Below, piece after piece: positions 17,307-25,194 of a stretch of DNA of 64,000 nt (positions within the stretch are counted from its first letter, which is position 1; each line of letters starts with the position of its first letter). This stretch comes from an uncultured Bacilli bacterium. GTDB lineage: Bacteria; Bacillota_I; Bacilli_A; RFN20; CAG-826. The stretch covers positions 589,009 to 653,008 of the forward strand of contig CAKPBC010000001.1 of the NCBI GenBank assembly GCA_934140155.1. The letters are read 5' to 3'. Made by a program: the position numbers and the translations under genes. The notes beneath the pieces were generated by a model. It worked only from the letters and a program-made list of their open reading frames with translations. It had not been told where the DNA came from and did not search any database.

Positions 17307-19277
17307 ATGGAAACAATAGGAGATAGAATTAAAAAGAAAAGAAAAGAAGCCAAAATGACTCAGCTTGAACTTGCGAATAAGTTAAGCGTCACTGATAGGG
17401 CTGTTAGTAAATGGGAACAAAATGAAGGAAACCCTGATATTAGTATCCTTCCTAAAATTGCAGAAATTTTCAATGTTACATTGGATTATTTAATGACAGG
17501 TAGTGAGCCAAAAAAAGAAATTATTATAATGTCGAAATTAGAACTATGTGCAAAAAGCGATGATCCGACGATGATAAAATCTTTAACATCTGATAGAGAT
17601 GAAAACGGAAAGAATCTTTTGGATTATGTAAAAAAATATAATAGTAAAAAAGTTTTAAAAGCATTAATAGATAATCATAGTTACCAAAATTATTATAATC
17701 GTCTTTTGCAGAGAGCATCTACAGTGTCTGCTACAAAGATGGCTATTGAAATAATGTTAACATGTATTCCAGTAGATAGAGAAAGAGAAGTAATAGAAGA
17801 AGTTTTTCACTCAGAAATTAGAACTACTGACGATAAATTTATAGAGGCTTTAAAGTGTAACATAAATGACAGTATAGAAATTGCTGAAGGTTTAAAAAGT
17901 GTTTTTAAATTTTTAGTAGAAAATTATGATGGTTTATCAAAAAAGCAAAAAGAATACTATTTTAATCTGGCAGAAAACGAAGAAGAAAGTGGACCTAATT
18001 GCTGGATTACAGCATATCCATATTTTGTTGAATACGCAATTTTAGAAAATAACGACGCATTATATGAAATGCTTATTTCACAAATCGAAAGACACAATAA
18101 ATGGGTCGAAACATCAAAAACTAGTATAAAAAAGCAACATAGAAATAGTGAATATGATTATTATCTGCAATTTTTTAAAGGTGTTAATTTATATTTGCTA
18201 CCATCAACATTCAATTATTTAATTTCCAAAAAGAATTTTAGACTTGCATATAGAGTAAATGCACTTTTAAGAAATCCACATACAAAAAGAGAAATTGAAC
18301 TTTTAGAAGTTGAAAATAATGATACTATTAACGAAAAAGAAAAAATAGAATTTCGTTGTATTGACTGTCATATGATAGTGTTAGAAGAAATAGAAAAATT
18401 AAAAGACTTAACATATATTAAAGAAATTTTAGATAATAACTATGTCAATTATTATGAAATGGTTTATAAATTATTAAAAACAAACAAAAAGGCTTTATTT
18501 AAGTTTTTTGTTGATAATAATTTAATTGAATTATCTGAACTTTTAATGAATGATAACGAGAAGAAATTATTAAATCAAAGCTGGGTGTATTTTAATTATC
18601 ACGCAGGCGATGAATTGACATTAAAACAATCAATTATTATTACAAACGATTCAAAAAAAGCATCAAAAGACAAAAAATATGTTTATTATAGAGATTTTGA
18701 GTATAAACTAGCTGAACTAATTGATACTGATTTAGATTTTGAATCACAAAAAACAAGTGATAATGCGATCATTAAATATTTTGAAATGTTTAAAAATGAT
18801 GTGTTTAATAAAATAAAAACAATAATAGATGCTGAAAACAAAGAAAAAGAAGAAAAGTTAGAAAAGGCGAGACTAACAAAAGAACTGACTCGTCCGTATT
18901 TTGAAAACCTTCTCTTAATGGGCAATGAAGATATGTTTATAGTTAAACTATGCTCGTTATTTGAGACTATATTGCGTTTTGATTATAAATGTGACCATGA
19001 TAATATTTATGAAAATATGAAACAATTTTTTGATAAAGGCCCTAAAAGCCGTGATATTGATGATGGGTGGGGATATATGACATTAGATACTGAATACGAA
19101 GAACGCTATGTAAAACCATGGAATGAAAAAAAAGATTTAATGAATAAATTAAGACTTAAAAGAAATTCTATAGTTCATCCAGAAAGAAACGAACACGCTG
19201 ATTTGAGCGAAGAAGAGTTAAAAAAATGTTTAGACTTTGTCTTTGCTGCTAACGGAGGAAATATATTCAATGAATAA
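17307..19277 (+). CDS. XRE-family HTH protein with long helical-repeat (ankyrin-like?) body and C-terminal HEPN-like domain (Rx4H)
   Basis: 656 aa from ATG 17307 (AGGAGG RBS). The N-terminus MTQLELANKLSVTDRAVSKWEQNEGNPDISILPKIAEIFNVTLDYLMTG is a classic XRE HTH. DENGKNLLDYVKKYNSKKVLKALIDN is ankyrin-like. The C-terminus LMNKLRLKRNSIVHPE carries R-N-x3-H (R619..H624, nt 19161-19178) flanked by helix-like segments. Confidence 0.6.
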   Translation: METIGDRIKKKRKEAKMTQLELANKLSVTDRAVSKWEQNEGNPDISILPKIAEIFNVTLDYLMTGSEPKKEIIIMSKLELCAKSDDPTMIKSLTSDRDENGKNLLDYVKKYNSKKVLKALIDNHSYQNYYNRLLQRASTVSATKMAIEIMLTCIPVDREREVIEEVFHSEIRTTDDKFIEALKCNINDSIEIAEGLKSVFKFLVENYDGLSKKQKEYYFNLAENEEESGPNCWITAYPYFVEYAILENNDALYEMLISQIERHNKWVETSKTSIKKQHRNSEYDYYLQFFKGVNLYLLPSTFNYLISKKNFRLAYRVNALLRNPHTKREIELLEVENNDTINEKEKIEFRCIDCHMIVLEEIEKLKDLTYIKEILDNNYVNYYEMVYKLLKTNKKALFKFFVDNNLIELSELLMNDNEKKLLNQSWVYFNYHAGDELTLKQSIIITNDSKKASKDKKYVYYRDFEYKLAELIDTDLDFESQKTSDNAIIKYFEMFKNDVFNKIKTIIDAENKEKEEKLEKARLTKELTRPYFENLLLMGNEDMFIVKLCSLFETILRFDYKCDHDNIYENMKQFFDKGPKSRDIDDGWGYMTLDTEYEERYVKPWNEKKDLMNKLRLKRNSIVHPERNEHADLSEEELKKCLDFVFAANGGNIFNE

Positions 19278-19932
19278 ATATCAATTAAATTTTTTAAAAC
19301 AAATAATTGTTAGTGTAGATGGAACCGATGGTGTGGGTGATTACGAATTAGATAATGAAGGCAACCTTATCATTATACAAAATGAAAACTATAACATCAC
19401 AAGTTATACTTTAAAAATAAAAAATAAAGATATATCTTCTGTTTTTTATTATATTAATGACTGGAGCAAAGTAAATTCAAATGATGATGTAATATCGGTT
19501 CCTATTGATTTCAATAATCCGACTAAAACAATTAAAATAGAATTTAAAAACGGGTTAGTTGATGACTTTGAGATAAATGTTTTGTTAAAAAGCGCAGATA
19601 AAGATGCATGGAATATAAAGCATTCAAGAGAAGTTAAAGAAGAAAGATTAAAAAATGTAGGGTTAGTTTTAAATAATGATGGTCATTTACATACTGTGAT
19701 TTTTAAACCATGCTGTGATGAATATTTATATACAATTGTTAAATGGTATGCAATAGGATATTCAAAAGGAAATTATTATAATACAATAAGCAATCATTTT
19801 TTAGAAGAACAAAAAATTCAAAATAGTTTTTATTCAAATATTGAATGTGCTTTTTATGTTGCTGCCGAAATAACTCAATTTGATAAAGATGGAAAAGAAT
19901 TAATATCATCAACTATTGGGTTCAAAAGTTGA
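19270..19932 (+). CDS. hypothetical protein, beta-rich, no family recognised (cassette gene B)
   Basis: 220 aa from ATG 19270 (GGAGGA RBS). Its start overlaps the upstream stop by 8 nt (ATGAATAA), implying translational coupling. Confidence 0.6.
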   Translation: MNKYQLNFLKQIIVSVDGTDGVGDYELDNEGNLIIIQNENYNITSYTLKIKNKDISSVFYYINDWSKVNSNDDVISVPIDFNNPTKTIKIEFKNGLVDDFEINVLLKSADKDAWNIKHSREVKEERLKNVGLVLNNDGHLHTVIFKPCCDEYLYTIVKWYAIGYSKGNYYNTISNHFLEEQKIQNSFYSNIECAFYVAAEITQFDKDGKELISSTIGFKS

Positions 19933-19957
19933 GTTTAGACTTGAGTAGGTGATAATT

Positions 19958-20932
19958 TTGAAATATTTATTTTTTGATATAGAATGCTCAAATTGTTTTA
20001 AAAAAAGTCCAAAAATATGCGAATTTGGTTATGTGCTAACTGATGATAAGTTCCAAGTTATTAGAAAAGATGATATACCTATGTCGCCTGGAAGAAAATG
20101 TGCTGACAATAGATTTGACACAACAATTTATAAAAGAGATCCAAATTTTCAGTGGGCATATGATCTTGATTATTATTTTGAATGTCCAGAATTTCTTCAA
20201 TATTATGAATTTATAAAACAATTGTTTAAAAAAGAAGATGTTTTAATATTTGGATATTCAGTCGAAAATGATGTTAGATATCTAGATAATGCTTTTAAAA
20301 GATATAAATTAAATCCAATTGAATATAAAATATATGACATCCAAAAAATGATGAAATATTATTCTGAAAAGAAAGAAAAAATTATGGGATTAGAGAATGC
20401 ATTTAAAAAGCTTTGTTCTATTGATGAGTTTATAAAATTACAACCGCATTTATCTAGAGATGACGCTATTATGGCAATGAGAGTTTTACAAAAAATGTGT
20501 GAAAATCTTAATGTTACCCCAATAGAAATGATAGAACTTTGTGATAAATGTAAATATGATTCCGCAGAGTATTTGACTGAATATTATAATAGACGAAAAG
20601 AAAAAGAGATTCTCGAATGTCGAAAATCATCAGGACTAGTAATATGGGAAGAGTTTTACAAAAGTGAAATATCATTTTTAGAAAACGAAAATTCAATTGG
20701 AAAAATAGTTACTATTAGTGGCAAAATAAAAGAAAATATAAATGCTTTAAATGAAGTAATTGATATAATTAAAGAAAAAAATTTTGTTGCTTTTGATAAG
20801 ATTGGTGGATCGGATTATTTAATAACATTGGATGAAGAAGATACAACCAGAATTAAAAAAGTGTTAAAGTATCCATATTCAGGAAAAGTAATTAGTATTC
20901 AAGAATTTAAAAATTTAGAGATAAAAATTTGA
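19958..20932 (+). CDS. DEDDh-type 3'-5' exonuclease (DnaQ/KapD-like) with C-terminal BRCT-like domain (cassette gene C)
   Basis: ExoI FFDIECS, ExoII FGYSVENDVRYL, ExoIII HLSRDDAIMA (H-x4-D). The C-terminal GKIVTISGKI...GGSDYLITLDEED...GKVISIQEFKNL resembles BRCT of LigA-type proteins. Start uncertain: TTG at 19958 after AGGTGA, or GTG at 19949. Confidence 0.7.
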   Translation: MKYLFFDIECSNCFKKSPKICEFGYVLTDDKFQVIRKDDIPMSPGRKCADNRFDTTIYKRDPNFQWAYDLDYYFECPEFLQYYEFIKQLFKKEDVLIFGYSVENDVRYLDNAFKRYKLNPIEYKIYDIQKMMKYYSEKKEKIMGLENAFKKLCSIDEFIKLQPHLSRDDAIMAMRVLQKMCENLNVTPIEMIELCDKCKYDSAEYLTEYYNRRKEKEILECRKSSGLVIWEEFYKSEISFLENENSIGKIVTISGKIKENINALNEVIDIIKEKNFVAFDKIGGSDYLITLDEEDTTRIKKVLKYPYSGKVISIQEFKNLEIKI

Positions 20933-20976
20933 TAAGTATTACTATATTTAAATTTCGTTATTAAGCTTAAAAAATA

Positions 20977-21020
20977 AAAAAGTTCGTTCCGTGAAATATC
21001 AATCGGTTCGAACTTTTTTT
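20977..21020 (+). terminator. rho-independent terminator closing the three-gene cassette
   Basis: AAAAAGTTCG-TT-CCG ... CGG-TT-CGAACTTTTT long interrupted stem followed by a T-run. Confidence 0.65.
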
Positions 21021-21138
21021 ATTACTTTGCTAGTAATTGCCATTTATTTTTATTAAAATATATCAAAAAAGCAAAAAAGTTGCTATTTATATTACTACAC
21101 TATGTGTATAATATAAATAAAGTTAGGTGGTGGCGTAG

Positions 21139-21867
21139 TTGAAAAAAGAATTTGTACTTCAAAAAAAATTGGACCACATCGCCTTCATTATGGATGGGAA
21201 TGGCCGTTGGGCTAAAAAAAGATTACTTCCTAGACATTTAGGCCATAAAGAAGGTTGTAAAAGAGTTATAGAAATTGTTCGCGCTTGTTGTGATTTAAAT
21301 ATTTATTGCGTAAGTCTATACGCTTTTTCTACAGAAAACTGGAAAAGGCCACAAGATGAAATTGACCATCTTTTTTACTATTTAGATGATTTCTTTAATA
21401 ATAATATTGAAGAATTTATTGAAAAAGGTGTTAGAGTTCATTTAATGGGCGATATTAATCGTTTACCATTACATACCCAAGAAACAATAAAACGCTCGAT
21501 GAATATGACAAAAGATTTAAACAAACATGTTTTTAATGTTTGTTTAAATTATGGTGGAAAAGATGAAATTGTTCGAGCCGCAATAAGTCTTGCTAAAGAC
21601 GTTAAAGATAATAAAGTTGATATTTCTCAAATTGATGAAACAATATTTGAAAACCATATGATGTGTCATGGTTTACCTCCAGTAGACTTAATGATTAGAA
21701 CATCAGGTGAACAAAGAATATCAAATTATATGTTATGGGAATTAGCGTATGCTGAAATGATATTTCCTACTACACCTTGGCCAAGTTTTACCAAGGATGA
21801 ACTTATTAAATGCTTAGAGATTTATCAAAAAAGAGATAGAAGATTTGGAGGGCTAAAGAATGAATAA
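21139..21867 (+). CDS. uppS: isoprenyl transferase (undecaprenyl-diphosphate synthase)
   Basis: HIAFIMDGNGRWAKKR, YAFSTENWKRP, IRTSGEQRISNYMLWE motifs. TTG start after AGGTGGTGG. Confidence 0.92.
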   Translation: MKKEFVLQKKLDHIAFIMDGNGRWAKKRLLPRHLGHKEGCKRVIEIVRACCDLNIYCVSLYAFSTENWKRPQDEIDHLFYYLDDFFNNNIEEFIEKGVRVHLMGDINRLPLHTQETIKRSMNMTKDLNKHVFNVCLNYGGKDEIVRAAISLAKDVKDNKVDISQIDETIFENHMMCHGLPPVDLMIRTSGEQRISNYMLWELAYAEMIFPTTPWPSFTKDELIKCLEIYQKRDRRFGGLKNE

Positions 21868-22834
21868 ATTGTCCACTGATGCAAAGAAGTCAATGAATGA
21901 TCGTATTGTTACTGCTTTAATATTAGTATTAGTTTGTGCTCCATGTTTATTTATAGGTGGATGGTTTTTCGCTATTTTAGTATTTGTAGCAACATTTTTT
22001 GCTTGCCATGAATTTATTAATGCCACCAAAAATAAATCTTATAGTTTATTCTTACATATTTTTGTACATGTAGTAACATATTCTTTTATTTTCTGGACAT
22101 TAATTAAAAACAATTTAATTGACTTTGGTTGGGAAATAGAAAATTGGTCTTTTGTTAATGCATTTAATGCTGATAAATCCATAAATGTTTCGGTTATTGG
22201 TATTGCTGTAGGTTTTTTAGTGTTATTTTTCTTAACGCTTAATCATGAAAAATTTAATGTTTCAGATGCTACATATTTATGTACGATGATGGTGTTTATG
22301 GGATTAGCGATTCAATCGTTCCTTTATTTACGATTCCGCCCTGCTTGTGGAGTGGAACCAGGGTTCTTTGATATCGAAAATTCAACATTACTAGTTTATG
22401 TTATTTTAGGAACTTTCTTATCTGATGCTGGTGCATATTTCTTTGGAATATTATTTGGAAGAAATAAAATGAATGAAAGAATATCTCCTAAAAAGACTTG
22501 GGAAGGATTCGTTGGAGGAGTTATAACTTCCACTATATTAAGTTTCTTATTTGCTTTCTTATTAGCGTATTATAAGCATCCAATTTTAAAGGATATTTTT
22601 GATTATGAACATTGGTATAATATTTTAATTGTTTCACTTATTATGCCATTAACCGCTAATTTGGGAGATTTCATTTTCTCATCTATTAAACGTAACTACC
22701 AAGTTAAAGATTTTGGTACCTTATTAAAAGGACATGGTGGAGTTCTTGATCGTATCGACTCATTACTTGTTACATCTTTAGTTGTAACAATTATTGTTAT
22801 TTTTATGGGCCATGGATGGAGTTTCTTATTATGA
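21860..22834 (+). CDS. cdsA: phosphatidate cytidylyltransferase
   Basis: Polytopic. SDAGAYFFGILFGRNKM...SPKKTWEG and SIKRNYQVKDFGTLLKGHGGVLDRIDS signature. Start overlaps the uppS stop. Confidence 0.9.
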   Translation: MNKLSTDAKKSMNDRIVTALILVLVCAPCLFIGGWFFAILVFVATFFACHEFINATKNKSYSLFLHIFVHVVTYSFIFWTLIKNNLIDFGWEIENWSFVNAFNADKSINVSVIGIAVGFLVLFFLTLNHEKFNVSDATYLCTMMVFMGLAIQSFLYLRFRPACGVEPGFFDIENSTLLVYVILGTFLSDAGAYFFGILFGRNKMNERISPKKTWEGFVGGVITSTILSFLFAFLLAYYKHPILKDIFDYEHWYNILIVSLIMPLTANLGDFIFSSIKRNYQVKDFGTLLKGHGGVLDRIDSLLVTSLVVTIIVIFMGHGWSFLL

Positions 22835-23991
22835 GAAAAATAATTTTATTAGGGGCTTCAGGTTCTATTGGGAGCCAAACTATTGATATTATTAAAAAGC
22901 ATCGTAAAACTTTTGATTTAGTAGGTTTTAGTGTCGGAAATAGAGTAGAAGTTATTGATGGCATTTTACGTGAATTTAAAAATGTTAAATATGTTGTAAT
23001 TAAAGAAAAAACAAACATGGAACAATTTAAAAATCGTTATCCACATATTAAGTTTAATTATGGCGATGATGGCTTAACAAAAATCATTGAAGAAGTTAAA
23101 TGCGATATGGTTGTTAATGCTTTAGTGGGATTTGTTGGTTTTTTACCAACTATTAAAACATTAGAATTAGGAATTGATTTAGCGCTTGCTAATAAAGAGT
23201 CTTTAGTAGTTGGTGGCAAATTAGTTAATGATTTAATTAAAAAACATCATAGTCATTTATATCCAATCGATAGCGAGCATGTAGCTTTGGCTAAATGCTT
23301 AAAAGCAGATAAAAAAGTTGATCGATTAATTATTACGGCATCAGGTGGAGCGTTTAGAGATTTTAATCGTGAGCAATTAAAAGATGTCACAGTTGAGATG
23401 GCTTTAAAACATCCATCATGGCAGATGGGAAATAAAATTACTATTGATTGCGCAACAATGATGAATAAAGGATTTGAAATTATTGAAGCATATTATTTAT
23501 TTAACTTTCCATTAGATAAAATTGATGTTTTACTTCATGATGAATCGCACATTCATTCTCTAGTGGAATTTGATGATGGTTCATATATTGCCGATATTGG
23601 TCCAGCAGATATGCGTGTACCAATAAGCTACGCTTTATTTAAAATGAAACGTGTTAAAAATGATTTTAAACGTTTACCAATTGAAGAATTTGGAACATTC
23701 CATTTTCGCAAGTTTGATCCCAATAGATATCCTTGTGTAGGATACGCTCGTGAGGCTTTAACAATTGGAGGAACAATGCCAGCGGTAGTTAATGCAGCGA
23801 ATGAAGAAGCAGTATATGCTTTCTTAAATAAAGAGATTTCGTTCTTATCAATCGAAAAAATTATAAAAAATGTTATGCAAGAGCATAATGTTATAAAGAG
23901 TCCAACTTTGTCGGACTTGCTTATGGCAAATGATTGGGCACGTGAGCAAGCAAAAAAATTGATAAAAAAGGAGCATGATTTATGTATTTAG
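22831..23991 (+). CDS. dxr: 1-deoxy-D-xylulose 5-phosphate reductoisomerase
   Basis: ILLGASGSIGSQT, LANKESLV, PIDSEH, ITASGGAFRD, MGNKITIDCATMMNKG motifs. ATG at 22831 overlaps the cdsA stop (ATGA). Confidence 0.93.
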   Translation: MRKIILLGASGSIGSQTIDIIKKHRKTFDLVGFSVGNRVEVIDGILREFKNVKYVVIKEKTNMEQFKNRYPHIKFNYGDDGLTKIIEEVKCDMVVNALVGFVGFLPTIKTLELGIDLALANKESLVVGGKLVNDLIKKHHSHLYPIDSEHVALAKCLKADKKVDRLIITASGGAFRDFNREQLKDVTVEMALKHPSWQMGNKITIDCATMMNKGFEIIEAYYLFNFPLDKIDVLLHDESHIHSLVEFDDGSYIADIGPADMRVPISYALFKMKRVKNDFKRLPIEEFGTFHFRKFDPNRYPCVGYAREALTIGGTMPAVVNAANEEAVYAFLNKEISFLSIEKIIKNVMQEHNVIKSPTLSDLLMANDWAREQAKKLIKKEHDLCI

Positions 23992-25175
23992 CAGGAATTG
24001 ATATTTTATCGATATTATTATGTATTATCAGTTTAGGAATTTTAGTTATTATTCATGAACTTGGCCACTTTACTATGGCTAAACTTTTTAACGTTTATGT
24101 TAATGAGTTTTCTATTGGTTTTGGACCACAACTTTTAAAAAAGAAAAAAGGAGAAACAACTTATTCTTTACGCGCTATCCCATTAGGTGGATATGTTTCG
24201 ATGTTTGGTGAAGGTATGGAAGAAGGACCAGATGGAGAAGAACTTAAAAACATACCTCAAGAACGTAGTTTACTTGGAATTAAAAAATGGAAACGCGCCA
24301 TTATCATGGCGGCAGGTATCATTCTTAACTTTGTCTTAGGATTCTTATTATTCTTTACTAATAATGCTTTCTTTGGACAACCGACATTAAGTAACCAAGT
24401 AACAGTTCAAGAAAAGTCGCCAATTGCGGAAAAAGGTTTAAAGACAGGCGACTATATTATTGAAGTAACAAGAACTTGTAATATTGATGGAAACGCTAAT
24501 GCATGTTCTAGCCTTAAGCCAGTAGAAATTACATCGGAAAATCCTACTGATTTATGGTATAGTGCTCTAGCAATAAAAGTAGATGGAGAAAATGGCTATG
24601 ATATTTCTCCTAAAAATGCTAATGATACATTAACGCTTGCCATTAAATATTATTCAGAAGGTGAGCAACCGAGTGATGCAAAAACCATTGATATTACTTT
24701 AACTGTTGATGTGGCAAAAAATGGCACATTATCTTGGAGCAAAATGGGTATTTCTACTTATTATCAATATGTGAGATATAAAAGTTTAGGGGCTATTTTA
24801 GGCGCAACCAATAGAGACTTTGGTGACAACACAGTCTTAATTGCTAAAACACTAGGTGGATTATTTGTTGGTAAAAACTGGGACGCTGTTGGAGGACCAG
24901 TAGCGATATTTACTCAATCATCACAAGTTTTAAAGAGCTATGGTTTTGGTATGTTTATTTATTTATGGGGAGCAATTTCTGTTAACTTAGCAATATTTAA
25001 TTTGTTACCATTCCCAGGATTAGATGGCTGGCATTTATTGGTGGTTATTATTGAAGGAATTACTAAAAAAGAAATTCCAGAAAAAGTAAAAAATATTGTT
25101 TCAACAATTGGATTAATCTTACTTTTTGGATTAATGATATTTATTATGGGACGAGATATTATACGACTATTTTAG
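23982..25175 (+). CDS. rseP: RIP metalloprotease RseP/RasP (M50 site-2 protease)
   Basis: HELGHF zinc motif in TM1, central PDZ-like insert, NLLPFPGLDGWH motif. Confidence 0.9.
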   Translation: MYLAGIDILSILLCIISLGILVIIHELGHFTMAKLFNVYVNEFSIGFGPQLLKKKKGETTYSLRAIPLGGYVSMFGEGMEEGPDGEELKNIPQERSLLGIKKWKRAIIMAAGIILNFVLGFLLFFTNNAFFGQPTLSNQVTVQEKSPIAEKGLKTGDYIIEVTRTCNIDGNANACSSLKPVEITSENPTDLWYSALAIKVDGENGYDISPKNANDTLTLAIKYYSEGEQPSDAKTIDITLTVDVAKNGTLSWSKMGISTYYQYVRYKSLGAILGATNRDFGDNTVLIAKTLGGLFVGKNWDAVGGPVAIFTQSSQVLKSYGFGMFIYLWGAISVNLAIFNLLPFPGLDGWHLLVVIIEGITKKEIPEKVKNIVSTIGLILLFGLMIFIMGRDIIRLF

Positions 25176-25194
25176 CGTATTAGGTTTTTGATTT

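Noticed and set aside
19270-19277. The same ATGAATAA start/stop overlap occurs at three gene junctions (uppS/cdsA at 21860, cassette A/B at 19270, sufU/sufB at 61735). I wondered about a shared recoding or coupling signal.
   Set aside because: It is just ATG-AAT (Met-Asn) overlapping a TAA stop in an AT-rich genome. This is ordinary translational coupling, and there is no extended shared context.
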